Positions 12,481-25,803 of a stretch of 64,000 bases of DNA are shown in pieces. Source of the stretch: Somniosus microcephalus. Lineage: Eukaryota. The first letter of the stretch is position 1, and every line of letters starts with the position of its first letter. The stretch is from the NCBI GenBank assembly GCA_052327205.1, contig CM126230.1:23126001-23190000 (forward strand). The letters are read 5' to 3'. The translations under genes were made by a program, and so were the position numbers. The notes beneath the pieces were generated by a model. That model was not told the origin of the DNA and did not search any database. It worked only from the letters and a program-made list of their open reading frames with translations.

Positions 12481-13640
12481 GGGGCGGTATTCTGGCGAGG
12501 CACATCGCAAACGCCCTTTACGAAGCCTGCCTGATTTTCATTCCATTAATTTAACCTATTCCTATGAAACATGCAGTGATGTCTGTTAGAGGGTTAAGGC
12601 AAGGCGCTTTGGGGGTTATTTTGGCCAAAGGGTGAAAACAGGTTCTCAATGGGTGCAGTGCTAATAAGACACGCCTGTTTGAAAGTGTGGATTTAGCACA
12701 CAATTTTGGTCCTGAGTGCTGATTGCCATCATTTGAATTTGCCCGGAGGTGCTAAGCCAGAAACATGCAGGTTTAGCAATCAAGTGCTGATTAGACGTAA
12801 TTTTCGTGGAGCAGCATAAGTGGGCTCCTCACACCCACTTCTACTGAAGGTGTGGAGTGCTCTGGCTGGCACACAGCGGCACATTATCAGATGGCTCAGG
12901 GACCGAGGGAGGAGGACGCACAGGTTCTGGGATGTGGCACTGGAGGTCCTCGTGGAGGAGGATAAATGCCCTGAACCCGCAAGGGGGAAGGATGCCACCT
13001 CACCCTCCTCGCCCTCCTTTCCCTCTCTCCTGCAGCAGCTGGTGCTGCTCTGCCTGGCCTCATGTCCTCCTCCCATTCCTCGTCCAGACCAAGGGGGACC
13101 CCTAGCAAGACGCCCATGACCAAGCACTCCCTTTCTCCTGGTGACTCCTATAAAGTGGCCAATAAGGTGGAGTAACGCAGCACTCACTCTTTTTAGGTGA
13201 AGTCCTCAGAGAGTTTCCAGAATAAATGTTGCTCGAGTGTTGGTGAAGTTTTGACAAAGTGTCTCAGAAAGTCTCCCGATGTGTTTCAGAGGTCCTCGTC
13301 ACAGCTCCAGCAGCAAGTGAACATGAAATGGTGAGTATCGATTTAAGTAGCACTTGAAATCAACATCAACAGCGTGTTTATTCCCAAACAGCTGGTCGCT
13401 GTTAGGCGAGGGCGTTAGTTGAAGCGCTAGCCACCAAAATGTCGTGCAGCCTCTTTAATGAGTGCGAGCAGGCATTTTAAGTGACAATCACCTGTTTAAT
13501 AAGTCCGTTCCTAGCGCTGGCTTCCAACCCTTTACAAAGATGGCACCTTGCGCTAAACGCGGGCTAAACCAGCGTTTCCGGTTAAGCCCCCATCTTGGCC
13601 ACCTCTTTAGTGCCTAAGGCATTTGGCGAAAATCGCCCCC
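12481..13640. mobile_element. Internally deleted Harbinger retaining Myb-like (+) and transposase (-) N-termini
   Basis: GGGGCG.../...AAAATCGCCCCC ends; + strand RTHRFWDVALEVLVEE (Myb/SANT-like start, ~12910-12960); - strand MGVLLGVPLGL...RRARRVRWHPSPLRV (transposase-like start, ~12975-13117). Confidence 0.65.
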
Positions 13641-14618
13641 TTTATGTTTGAACACCATTCCTTTCCTTAAACAAAATGGAACTCTATCAAAAGCTTTAGA
13701 CAGAGGTCACAAAAGTTTTTTTTTTAACTATATTGTAATCTTGGCTTAATACACAGTGGGGTTTCCTATGTTACTGTATATTTTGCTCTTTTAATCCCCT
13801 CCATTAAATGACCACAGCTGCCACACTTCGTCCTTTAGTCGGGGGCTGGCAGGGGAGTCCGTACTGGCACCATGCGCCGTTAGTGCCAATCGCTGCTGGA
13901 CTCCTCTCTAAGGTGGACCATGTGTGCCGTGTCTGCTTGGCCCCTTGGATGGAGCACTTTGCGGTTGCAGTTCGCTATGTCAGGCAGCCTGACCGAGAGC
14001 CAGTGCGAGTGGCTCGTTGTGGAGATTCGACTTTTAAGTCTCAGTCACGACTGAGAACTGATCTGGAGCTCTGTAAGTTCAGTACAGTGCTGCTAAAGCT
14101 ATCATCTGAAATGAGGTTACTTTGCTAATTTAGTTTAAGTCTCATTACGTTACCCCATCAATTAGCCTTTGGCTATGTCTGCTCTCAGCATTTCCGAAGT
14201 GAAGGGTCTAAACCATTAACTTGGTGTTGTCCATAAATGGGCTGGTGCAGCTATCAATTTCCTCTCTCTTACTCTTGCCCCTCTCTTCTATTACAGATCA
14301 TATCTATAGATTTCTTTGGAGCAGGGATCTGAAAAGTAGATGGTTATTCTGAAGATCTTCATTTGGTGGCAGGACTGCTGATTCGAGTTTATTTTAAATA
14401 CCTATATATTTACGAGCGTGCTTAAGGGTGTACAGGAGCTTATTGTGTAGAATTGATTTTTCAGTGTTAAATTCAACCTGGTTAAGCTGATAAAAGGTCC
14501 CAAAATACCATCTAGGTCAATAGCCTCTTAATCTTGAGTTGACTGATTATCTCATTGTGCTAGGCTGTAAGCTTTCTTCTTTATAGCCTAATAATGGTAA
14601 CATTACCAATTCCCTCAA

Positions 14619-14855
14619 AATAGTGACAGACCACTACCCTTGTAATAGTGACAGACTAGTGCCCTCATAATAGTGACTGGCCAGTGCCCTCATAATAGTG
14701 ACTGGCCAGTGCCCTCATAATAGTGACAGGCTAGTGCCCTTATAATAGTGACAGACTAGTGCCCTCATAATAGTGACAGGCTAGTGCCCTTATAATAGTG
14801 ATAGGCTAGTGCCCTTATAATAGTGACAGGCTAGTGCCCTTATAATAGTGATAGG
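14619..14855. repeat. 25-bp minisatellite (AATAGTGACAGGCTAGTGCCCTCAT)
   Basis: About 9 copies read directly. Confidence 0.9.
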
Positions 14856-14929
14856 TTAGGAACCCTATTTTAGTGAAAGATAGGGACAGACTAGTACCTG
14901 TAACTCCCTTGATGGTACCATTGACAAGA

Positions 14930-15210
14930 TCACTGTGCAGTGTGGAACTGAGCTATACTGACCAGGAAGGGCAATCCCTGTTCTGCATTGAGTTAGCTGA
15001 TTTAGTGAGGTTAGGCGAACTACAGTTGACCTCAGAAGCCCTTTGCTCAGGAGGTGAAATATCTTCCAAGGTCCTATTTACTGATTGGTAACCCACTAGA
15101 ACATGCTTGTGTGTGGAGATCGAGTGAGGACAGGATTAGGCTGGTCTGTGATGTCCCAAGATAAAGTCGCATACTGATATTCAGTGTCTCAGGTCATACT
15201 TGATGCTTGG
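14930..15210 (+). mobile_element. Old SINE family C
   Basis: Shares ...TGAGTTAGCTG...GTGAGGACAGGAT motifs with 20140, 25030 and 40900. Confidence 0.55.
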
Positions 15211-15262
15211 CCAACATATTTTTAAAAACTCATTCTTGGAATGTGGGCGTTGCTGGCAAAGC

Positions 15263-16058
15263 ATAGAATCTTAGAATCATAGAATGGTTACAGCACGGAA
15301 GGAGGCCATTTGGCCCTATCGAGCCCGTGCCAGCTCTGTGCAAGGGCACTTCAGCTAGTCCCACTCCCCCGCCCTTTCCCCATAGCCTTACAAATTTCTT
15401 TCCTTCAGGTACTTATCCAACTCCCTTTTGAAAGCCACGATTGAATCTGCCTCCACCACCCTCTCAGGCAGTGCATTCCAGATCTTAACCACTCGCTGCG
15501 TAAAAAAGTTTTTTCTTACGTCGCCTTTGGTTCTTTTGCCAATCACCTTAAATCTGTGTCCTCTGGTTCTCGACCCTTCCGCCAATGGGAACAGTTTTCC
15601 TCTATCTACTCTGACCAGACCCCTCATGATTTTGAACGCCTCCATCAAATCTCAATCTTCTCTTCTCCAAGGAGAACAACCCCAGCTTCTCCAGTCTATC
15701 AACGTAACTGAAGTCCCTCATTCCTGGAATCATTCTCGTAAATCTTTTCTGCACGCTCTCTGAGGCCTTCACATCCTTCCAGAATTGGACACATACTGGG
15801 GCCGAACCAGTGTTTTATACAGGTTCATCATAATTTCCATGTTTTTGTACTCTATACCTCTATTCATGAAGCCCAGGATCCTGTAAGGCTTTTTAACTGC
15901 TTTCTCAATCTGCCCTGCCACCTTCAATGATTTGTGCACACAGACCCCCAGGTCTCTCTGTTCGTGCACCCCCTTCAGGATTTAGTTTATATGTCCTCTC
16001 CTCATTCTTTCTACCAAAATGTATCACTTCACACTTTTCTGCACTAAATTTCATCTGG
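15263..16058 (-). mobile_element. CR1 LINE 3' fragment inserted into an old SINE (15225-16320)
   Basis: QRDLGVCVHKSLKV...LYKTLVRP...TRGHRFK...WNALPE; (ATAGAATC) tail at ~15263. Confidence 0.9.
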
Positions 16059-16804
16059 CATTTATTACCCACGCCTAACAACTGAGTGGTTTGTTAGGCC
16101 ACTTCAGAGGGCAGTTTAGAGTCAACCACGTTGGTGTGGGCCTGGATTCACACATAGACCAGACCAGGTAAAGACAGCAGGCTTTTTTCCCCTAAGGACA
16201 TTAGTGAATAACAACTTCATGGTCGCTTTTATTAATTTTGTTTTAAACTTAATTTAAATTCTCAAAGTGCCGCGGTGGGATTAAGAACTCATCATTCTCT
16301 TGATTACTAGCCTAGTAACAGAACCACTAGACTACCGTACTCTTGGCAGGGTGCACAGCACCCATGGAGATGTAGTCCAGCATGACTCAGCACCCTCACA
16401 AGAGCAGGGGAGAAAACTGGAATTTGGAAGGAAGACTCGTGTCCTCCAAATTGCTAGGCAATACATCTTCGTGCAGTCTGACAGCCCCTCTGCACCCTGC
16501 CAAGAACGACTGACGATTATAATCCTTAGAAGTCATCAATGTAAGAAAGACAATATTTAGCAAAACTCCACGCCAAAGTCTGTTGCACCCATTAGCAAAT
16601 TGAACAATATTTCAAGGTAATTGCAGATTGCTTGTCAATTTGGACCATGACTTGTAGGTCAGCATTTCTTCAACAAGTAAACATTCTGCGGAAACATCGT
16701 CTCTGACTATTTCAAAGGAGAACAGAATATAACTTAAATCAATGGTCGGAAAATCGTGCGGCCAAATTTCCGGTATGGAATTCTGACTCTCGAGACTCCG
16801 TCGG

Positions 16805-17257
16805 AAAAAGACTTGAAAGACTTGCATTTATAAAGCGCCTTTGACAACCACCGGACGTCTCAAAGCGCTTTACAGCCAATGAAGTACTTTTGGAGTGGAG
16901 TCACTGTTGTAATGTGGGAAACGCGGCAGCCAATTTGTGCACAGCAAGCTCCCACAAACAGCGATGTGATAATGACCAGATAATCTGTTTTTGTTATGTT
17001 GATTAATGGATAAATATTGGCCAGGACGTCAGGGAGAACTCCCCTGCTCTTCTTCGAAATAGTGCCTGAGGATCTTTTACGTCCACCTGAGAGCGCGGAC
17101 AGGGCCTCGGTTTAACGTCTCATCCAAAAGACGTCACCTCTGGCACTCCCTCGAGTGTCAGCCTAGCTTTCTGTGCTGAAGTCCCTGGAGTGGGACTTGA
17201 ACCCACAACCTCCTGACTCAGAGGCGAGTGTGCTACCCACTGAGCCACAGCTGACAC
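16805..17257 (-). mobile_element. Full-length DeuSINE
   Basis: tRNA head with A/B boxes, Deu domain and tail. Confidence 0.9.
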
Positions 17258-17393
17258 AAATTTGGAAAATTACCTCAATAGGCCACCAGTGAGGAGGAAA
17301 ATAAAATGTTAACGTGGCGCTTAGGAATTGCATTGGCATTGCACTGTGACCCCATTACTGACCATACCCTATTTTTTGCCAGTTGGACTTATT

Positions 17394-18208
17394 GGGCAGG
17401 ATTTTCATTCAGGAGTCGGGTTGGAGGCGGGACTACAACTTTTGGGGTTGTAGTCCCGCCTCCATCGAGATGCGGCCAATCCATGCGATTTTAACTTGAT
17501 TGGCCTTGTTGAGCCCGCCCAGCGGGCTCAGCAGGCCAATTAAGGGCCACCCGGCAACAGGTGACGTCACAGGCTGAAATTTCATCTGTCAAGAGGTTTT
17601 GACAGATGAAATGTCAGTGTTTCACAGCTGTTTGAAGCTGTCAAACACTGACAGTCTTACTTCTAACATGAGTCCTTCTCCACAGACTCAGTTAGAGATC
17701 TCCCCGGAACAGAAAGCAGAGGCTGCAGATTTTGACAGCTGGCGGCCATTCTGCTTTCTGTGCCGGTGAGATGAGGGACTCCCTGAACCTAAAGGAAGGA
17801 AGGCTGAAAAGGTAAGAAAAGGTAATTTACACTTCTTTAATCACTTTAGACACACTGCACTCATGCACACATCACTCACCTGAACACTGGCATCTCAACC
17901 CCTCCAAGCCCTTCAACCTGACGGCCCGACTCCTCCAACTTGACGTGGTTTGGAGCCATCGGGAATCCCACAGTTCAAGCTTAAAAATAGGGATTAGGCT
18001 AAAAACTGCCTGTTAACAGGCAGTTAATTGGCACTAATTCCTTCCCACCTCGGGTAGGCGAGTCCCAGTGCGGGGCGGGTACCCGCCTCCTTTGAAACTG
18101 GCATGGAGGCAGGTTGGGGGCGGGATGGGGTCGGGACCCCCGATTTTGGGATTTTAACCCCCCGCACGCCTCCAATCCCGACTCCACGGCACAATGAAAA
18201 TCGAGCCC
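17394..18208. mobile_element. Harbinger MITE family A (subfamily A2)
   Basis: GGGCAGGATTTTCATT / AATGAAAATCGAGCCC with exact TSD ATT; closely similar to 41377-42220. Confidence 0.9.
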
Positions 18209-18511
18209 ATTTTATTTCACATCCATTAAGGCATTATATTTAAGTGGTCTTCTTAAACCTTCGACCGGATGTTCTCTCGCGGATATCAAATTTTCCTTCC
18301 TTCCTCCTCTCCATTTTGCTTTCTCTGTTCATCCATTTTGGAGACTGCTTCTTTAGCTTATATTTGTTTCTCTTCAGTAAACACTTGTCTTGCATACATA
18401 AGTTTTTCCAGTTTTCTTCTTTTAAGAAACAGGAAAGAGTGTCTGGGAAGGTTAGGGGGGAGAGTTCAGGTCACAACTGGCAAGCATGCTTCCAGGTAGG
18501 TGAACCAAATA

Positions 18512-19130
18512 GCGGTAAACTTGATCTCATCCAAAACTCTGCTGCCCGTGTCCTAACTCGCACCAAGTCCTGTTCACCCATCACCCCTGTGCTCGCTGAC
18601 CAACATTGGCTCATAGAAACATAGAAGATAGGAGCAGGAGTAGGCCATTCGGCCCTTCGAGCCTGCTCCACCATTCAACGAGATCATGGCTGATCATCCA
18701 AACCCTAGCACCCGGTCCCTACACTGACAGCCATCCCACCCAAGCCCTATCCCCATAACCCCACGTATTTAATCCCCCCTAACACTAAGGGTCAATTTTT
18801 ATCATGGCCAATCAACCTAACCCGCACATCTTTGGACTATGGGAGGAAACCGGAGCACCCGGAGGAAACCCACGCAAACACAGGGAGAATGTGCAAACTC
18901 CACACAGACAGTCACCCGAGGCCGGATTTGAACCCGGGTCCCTGGTGCTGTGAGGCAACAGTGCTAACCACTATGCCACCGTGCTCCCGGTCCACCAACG
19001 CCTCAAATTTAAAATTCCCATCCTTCTGTTCAAACCCCATCATGGCCTCGCCCCTCCCTATCTCTGTAACCTCCTCCAGCCCTACAACCCCCGAGATCTC
19101 GGCGCTCTGCCAATTCTGGCCTCTTGCGCA
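18512..19130 (+). mobile_element. L2 LINE fragment split by a V-SINE
   Basis: KLDLIQNSAARVLTRTK...HWL | PVHQRLKFKI...APPYLCNLL. Confidence 0.85.
18613..18984 (-). mobile_element. V-SINE (HE1-like) with CR1 tail
   Basis: tRNA head (GGTTCAAATCC), V-domain GGGTTTCCTCCGGGTGCTCCGGTTTCCTCCCA, CR1-type 3' end; short TSD GCTC. Confidence 0.88.
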
Positions 19131-20139
19131 GCCATTACCATCGCGGTGCTGAATTTTTTTTTAATGCTGTTACATGTTATTTAACACAAACAGGACATTT
19201 TTATCAGATTAACCTATACCTAGGTTCCTAGGATCATCGGCACATTTCGCTGATCAACAACGATGGGTCACTCCGGGATATATTGTCGCACAGTAAAATA
19301 ATAAAGATATAGTGCTTTTTTTTTCTGGCAAAATATTCGACTTTGATTTACAAACTGCATCAACATACGGTATTAAAATCAAATACAGAAAAACAATGAT
19401 CCTAAGTGATATTTGAATGATCCATTTGAATGCAGGCTCCATATTTCTTTGTGACAGATTCATGTTGTTAGACTGCACAGTTGGAAGTTATTACTGAAAT
19501 GCTAGTAATGAATAATGATCATATTTGCCTGACACATCTCAGTGCAGTGAACCATGTTCTTCAGCCCATTCAAATTAAACAATCATCTTAAGCAACCAAT
19601 TGTTTTCCCAAAACCAGTGGGTTTCCAGACACAAGTTAAAGGGGCAGTGTGCTCGTGAAAAAATGTCTGCCAAATTTTATTTGTTGAAGAAGAGCCTTGA
19701 AACATTCTTACTGTGCGTAAGTGACTCCATTTTGACACAAAATACCTTCGCAAAGACAACGGCCTTTAATATCCAGGGGAGTGAGATTCCTCTTTTAAAG
19801 GCAGACGATTAATGTTTTTCGCGACAATTAATGACTTGCCAGCAAAATTGCAACACAATGTGCAGCTTTGAAACATGAGATCTCTGGGAATCCAATTTGA
19901 TTAGCAGTTGGCAATTATGGAGAAAAACATTCATTTCCTTGCAAAACAATACCCCTGTTAAATTGTTCTTCCTGTCACATGATGGGTCATTGGGGGGTTT
20001 CATCGCAATCTTTCCTGCCCAAGAGAATATTCTACTCGAACTGAAAGAAAACATATAAGAAGGCTATCTTTTATGCAAAGGGACACCACCTTCATCACAA
20101 TGTGCTTGGCTTCCTCGATAGCTCTGCAGGTTCACCCAG

Positions 20140-20310
20140 GGACTAGCTGAGCTACGAAGATCAAAGATTTGATCTCCAGTCTGTGCTGAGTTAGCTGGTG
20201 ATAGCAGTAAGGATGCTACAATGTGCTTCACCACACCCTGGGCTAGGATAGGGAAATCTATCTAGTCGTTCCATTCCCAATCATTATCCGGTGATCCTTG
20301 CTGTGAGGAT
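20140..20310 (+). mobile_element. Old SINE family C fragment
   Basis: GTCTGTGCTGAGTTAGCTG...CCCTGGGCTAGG motif. Confidence 0.5.
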
Positions 20311-20517
20311 ATGATGCACCAGATTTTCTGCTCCTCATACAAAAATGTTTTGGCAGATAGATTTTCTTTAAATTTTATATATAGTGTGCTTAAGAGACTT
20401 TGACACAGTATCAGTGCCTGTGTGAGACTAATCAACATTTCCATTTACGCCACCATCCAAACACCTCATTTGTATTACTGTCTTGTAACATTTTCTGATA
20501 ACTTACTGGAGATGAAA

Positions 20518-21140
20518 CGCAAAAGCACAAATGCTGGAAATACAGCGTTTGTGGTTTTGGGTTCAAGTCCCACTCCAGAGTCCTGAGCACAAATCCAAGG
20601 CTGACACTCCAGTGCAGTGCTGGGGGAGCGCTGCATGGTCGGAGGGGCCATTCTTCCGATGAGAGGTTAAACCGAGGCCCTGTCTGCTCCCTCAGGTGGA
20701 CGTAAAAGATCCCGTGGCCACTATTTCGAAAATGAGATGGGGAGTTCTCCCCGGTGTCCTGGGGCCAATATTTATCCCTCAACCAACATCACTAAAACAG
20801 ATGGTCTGGTCATTATCACATTGCTGTTTGTGGGAGCTTGCTGTGCGCAAATTGGCTGCTGCGTTTCCTACATTACAACAGTGACTACACTTCATAAAGT
20901 ACTTCATTGGCTGTAAAGCGCTTTTGGGACGTCCTGAGGATGTGAAAGGCGCTATATAAATGCAACTCTTTCTTTTTTATACAGCAGGCTCATCAGCATC
21001 TCAGAAGAGAAGGTATCAGTTGATATTTCAGTTGGAATCCTTCATCTGACTGACAATGTCCCACCTGAAATGATGACACACCTTTCTCCTTTAGAAGCTG
21101 GCTTACCTGATGCTCATTTCCAAAATTTCAGCTTTTATTC
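20518..21140. mobile_element. Old short palindromic Penelope-derived element split by a DeuSINE
   Basis: AAATGCTGGAAATACAGC start, with degenerate inverted arms at 20979-21140. Confidence 0.5.
20547..20978 (+). mobile_element. DeuSINE, near full length
   Basis: B box, Deu domain and tail; 7-bp TSD ATACAGC (20540-20546 / 20979-20985). Confidence 0.92.
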
Positions 21141-21426
21141 CTATTCATCTGTTCTGTATAGGGCCCACAATGCGCATTGACTAATGTAAACTGATTCCTA
21201 AACCTATTATCCTAAAATTGCACCCCTCCTGAGAATTGCAACTTCAGCAAGATTATAGGAACATGCCCTGTTGGGAAATTGGGCAACCCATTGGTTCATT
21301 GCAGAGAGTTCTTATCCATTATTCTCCTGTCTTGGTATAAGGGCCCTATGTGAAAGAAGCTTGGACCATGTTGAACCGGTTCCTACAATAACAACTTGCA
21401 TATATATAAATAGATGACTCTCAAAG

Positions 21427-22020
21427 GCACCTCAAAGCACTGGAGAGGTAGCACCAACACTGCCTCCGCAAGATCCTGCAAATCCATTGGCAGGATAGGC
21501 GCACCAACGTCAGTGTTGTCGCACAGGCCAACATCCCTAGCATCGAAGCTTTGACCACGCTCGATCAGCTCCAATGGATGGGCCACATTGTCCGCATGCC
21601 CGATACGAGACTCCCAAAACAAGCGCTCTACTCAGAGCTCCGGCACGGCAAGAGAGCCCCAGGTGGGCAGAGGAAACGCTTCAAGGACACCCTCAAAGCC
21701 TCCTTGAAAAAGTGCAACATCCCCACCGACACCTGGGAATCTCTGGCCCAAGACTGCACAAAGTGGAGGAGAAGCATCCGGGAAGGCGCCGAACACCTCG
21801 AGTCTCTTCGCCGGGAGCAAGCGGAAGCCAACTGCAAACAGCGGAAGGAGCGCACGTCAACCCAAGCACTCCACCCACCCGCCCCTTCAACCACCGTCTG
21901 CCCCACCTGTGACAGAGACTGTAGGTCCCGCATTGGACTAATTAGTCACCTGAGAACTCATTTTTAGTGTGGAAGCAAGTCATCCTCCGTTCCGAGGGAC
22001 TGCCTAAGAAGGAGAAAAAG
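21427..22020 (+). mobile_element. RTE-BovB-like LINE 3' end
   Basis: GHIVRMPDTRLPKQALYSEL..GKRAPGGQRKRFKD...CPTCDRDCRSRIGLISHLRTH. Confidence 0.92.
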
Positions 22021-22027
22021 ATATAAA

Positions 22028-22790
22028 GGACTAAAAATTGAGTAGCGCCCCAATTGAGGCGCTAACTTCGCCGGGGCGCTAAAAGTAGTGCCCCGGAAAA
22101 ATTAGCGCCCCCGCGCCGGAAATTGAGTGGTTGCACCCCAAGAGGGAAGCAGGGCGCTACTGGAAAAGCCCCGCATCCCTCTTGGGGCGCTGCGAGTGAA
22201 TATCGTGACGCTACGTGCCGCAGCACCACATGCGGCACGTCGCGCTGCGGTATTGCAGGCCTTCCTCCCCTTCTTAAAGGGGAGGGGCCTTGTGCAGCGC
22301 GACCTGGGACCCAGCTGGGTCCCCGGGGATCAGGACTGCAGGCAAAAGAGCCCGGCACCCAAGAGAAGTGCCAGGCTCTTGGAGCGCAGCCGGCACTCCG
22401 CGGGGCGGGGGGGGGTTCAGGAGGCCGGGGACGGGCGTGCAGGCAGGTGCTGGCAGGCGGCCAGCGACAAAAATGGCCGCCCCGCACCCCGCCTTTAAAT
22501 TGCGCCTCCCCGGCCGCAGGTACGCCCCCCTGGCCCTGTCGGACATAGCGTCCGGCGGTAAATCAGGAGGTGCTCCCAAAGATCACGGCCGGGGCGTGAG
22601 CGGGGCGCTGCGCATACCAATGACATCATCGCCAGCGGCGCAGCGCTACAGGTTAGCGCCACCACTAACCTCCCGCTGAATTTTGCGGGAGGCGTGGGCA
22701 GTGCCGCGCCCGGGCGCTAGTTGGTTTGCGCCCCACTTAGCGCCCTCTTAAGGCGCTAACGGGTGGCGCTACCAACTGAATTTTTCCCCC
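22028..22790. mobile_element. GC-rich Harbinger-type MITE, family D
   Basis: Imperfect TIR ending AATTTTTCCCCC; GCGCTA subterminal repeats; homologous to 29858-30546. Confidence 0.8.
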
Positions 22791-23457
22791 ATTGAATCTT
22801 CAACATAGAGAAAGGTCCCATGGTGTTTCACAGGAAATGGGCGGCAAGCCAGAAAGGGAGAGATTAGAAGCTTGGTCATAGAGATGGGTTTTCAGACGGT
22901 TTGTAAAGGTGGAAAGTGAGGTAGGTTTCCTAGTGGCCGAACAACACTCTCTCTCCTAATTCCAAACAAAATCTTGTTATGTTTGGAATCTCACTTAGGG
23001 CAGCAAAAAAGTAATGCCAATGTGACAAGTGGAGAAGTTCTGTCTGGTCAGATGTTCCGGTTGATCCAGTCCTCGCCAGGCTCCGGCCTTGGCTTTTTCA
23101 GACAACATTGGGGCCAAGTTAATTAACGGGGCACTATCTCCTTGAAAAAAGAGTTTGGCAAACATTTTTTTATTGGTTGCAATGATGGTAAAAGACATAA
23201 AAATGTATTATTAATCAGTTGCGCATGATGCCGTCATCAAAATTGGTTGTCGATTTGATCAATATTTCTCCTGAAGATGACAGTCTGTCCTTTAAACCAA
23301 ATAAGGAAACAACAACTATTCACCGTGGTGGGGATTGTCTATCTAGAATGTCGAGTTAGCAGGTGGGAAGGTTGAGCAAAAGAATGTTAAAACAGGGTCA
23401 TTTTAGTGATCCTGCACTCCCAGCGGTTCGAAGGAAGCAGAGGCTGGAGACAGGGCT

Positions 23458-23965
23458 ACATAAGAACATAAGAAACAGGAGCAGGAGTCGGCCAATCGGC
23501 CCCTCGAGCCTGCTCCGTCATTCAATAAGATCATGGCTGATCTGATCTTGGCCTCAACTCCACTTTCCTGCCCGTGCCCCATAACCCTTGATTCCCCTGT
23601 TTTTCAAAAATCTGTCAATCTCCGCCTTGAATATATTCGGTGACTCCGCTTCCACAGCTCTCTGGGGTAGAGAATTCCAAAGATTCACGACCCTCTGAGA
23701 GAAGAAATTCCTCCTCATCTCTGTTTCAAATGGGCGACCCCTTATTCTGAAACTATGTCCCCTCGTTCTAGATTCCCCCACGAGGGGAAACATCCCCCCT
23801 GCATCTACCCAGTCAATCCCCCTCAGAATCTTATATGTTTCAATAAGATCACCTCTCATTCTTCTAAACTCCAATGAGTATAGGCCCAACCTGCTCAACC
23901 TTTCCTCATAAGGCAACCCCTTCAACTCAGGAATCAACTTAGTGAACCTTCTCTGAACTGTCTCT
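23458..23965 (-). mobile_element. CR1 LINE 3' end
   Basis: [34 protein letters not shown]...; (ACATAAGA)n tail. Confidence 0.92.
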
Positions 23966-23974
23966 TGGACTACG

Positions 23975-24445
23975 ACACTTGCCTGGATGAGCGCAGCTGC
24001 AACAACACTAAAGAAGCTCGACATCATCCAGGACAAAGCAGCTCGTTTGATTGGCACCCCATCCACCACCATGTCTGCAGTGTGTACCATCTACAAGATG
24101 CACTGCAGCAACTCGCCAAGGCTTCTTCGGCAGCACCTCCCAAACCCGCGACCTCTTCCACATAGAAGGACAAGGGCAGTAGGCGCATGGGAACACCACC
24201 ACCTCCAAGTTCCCCTCCAAGTCACACACCATCCTGACCTGGAAGTATATCGCCAATCCTTCATCGTCGCTGGGTCAAAATCCTGGAACTCCCTCCCTAA
24301 CAGCACTGTGGGAGTATCTTCACCACACGGACTGCAGCGGTTCAAGAAGGCGGCTCACCACCACCTTCTCAAGGGCAACTAGGGATGGGCAATAAATGCT
24401 GGCCTTGCCGGCGACGCCCAGATCCCATAAGCGAATTTAAAAAAA
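23975..24445 (+). mobile_element. Family-X LINE 3' end
   Basis: LKKLDIIQDKAARLIG...SWNSLPNSTVG...HHHLLKGN* followed by 3' UTR and poly(A). Confidence 0.88.
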
Positions 24446-24609
24446 CTCTGCCGCTAATTTTCTGAGCCGCAAGACTAATGGATTTATCTTAATATTTTCA
24501 TACAGCAACTGTGCTCTTGTTTGCTCAGTTACTCATTCCATGGTTGCAGTTCCCCCACCAATCAGAAGAAGCAATTACCCTCAGTCAGCCTTTCCCAACA
24601 TCTCAGCCT

Positions 24610-24736
24610 TGGAGGACTTGGTGTATGGTGGATATCATTGCATGCCTTGATTGGAGGACTTGGCGTATGGTGGATATCATTGCATGCCTTGATTGGAGGA
24701 CTTGGCGTATGGTGGATATCATTGCATGCCTTGATT
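24610..24736. repeat. 42-bp tandem triplication
   Basis: TTGGAGGACTTGGCGTATGGTGGATATCATTGCATGCCTTGA x3. Confidence 0.92.
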
Positions 24737-25029
24737 GCCTGTGACTCAGGAAGCTGACACCGCCTCAGTAAGAAATCATGAGCTACTGAGAATTAACTCC
24801 TTTGTGATTTTTTTTTAGATTCTGTGTGAATCTGAGAGAGCATTAGGCTAGAGAAGAGGTACCTTGTTTCATTCTTGCAGTGCTGCACTGAGATGTCATA
24901 AACTCATGATCTAGCCAGATGCTGCATTTGCTTATTTTTCCTTTCCCGGACTAGTGCAAGAGAAGGCCGAGAGACAGAAGAGTAGAAAATCAGGCTCGAT
25001 GAGAGGAAGAAAACTTCGAACAAGGATTC

Positions 25030-25390
25030 GGTCAGTGGGTGAATGCAGCAGATGGAGTGGGACTGACAGAGAGGAAGGTCCCACGTTTGAGCCGTGACCT
25101 TGTCCAAGTGAGCTGATGTTGGCTGGGCCGGGGTGATTGTAAGAAGGACAGCAGTTGACAGCTGGATCCCTGAGCTAGGGAGGGCAAATATCGGCCTGGG
25201 TAGCTGCTTCTGATTGCTATCCAGTGACCTAGAAAATGTACTTGTGCCGATGTCAGGTGAAGTCAAGGTAGCCAGTGCTGATGGTAGACTTCTCCCTGCC
25301 TATGGGGTAATAGAACTGGTGACACTCATTGCCGAGGCTCATGATTAACGATGACACGGGTGAATTTGCATACCTGGCAAGAGGCAGCAC
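25030..25390 (+). mobile_element. Old SINE family C
   Basis: CTGATTGCTATCCAGTGACC and related family motifs. Confidence 0.5.
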
Positions 25391-25803
25391 CTTAGAGGAG
25401 AGGAGACGATCTACAGTTGAATTGCTGTAGAGAGCTTTCATCTTAAAATTGAAATGATCCCCGTTCCACAGCAGTGTGAAGTGAGGTTACCCTTCATTCA
25501 CCATTATGTATAATTTTGAATAATTAAAATTCTATAATGACTTCCCTGCGTAGATTATATGAGTTTGAGTCGAGCACATCAACTGCTCAGCACTCAAGTC
25601 AATTCAAGATATATTCTGGTCCCTTTAGTCAAAGGAGTTGTACCCTTTCAAAGTGAACACGGAGTGTTATCTTTCACCCTGTTTGCAGGCAATCATCAAC
25701 AAAATCAATAGCAAAATACTGCGGATGCTGGAAATCCGAAATAACAACAGAAAACGCTGGAAATGCTCAGCAGGCCAGGCAACATCTGTGGAGAGAGAAA
25801 TAG

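Noticed and set aside
24863-24950. In-frame TGA as selenocysteine
   Set aside because: Other exons of the same locus carry TAA/TAG stops and frameshifts, which indicates decay.
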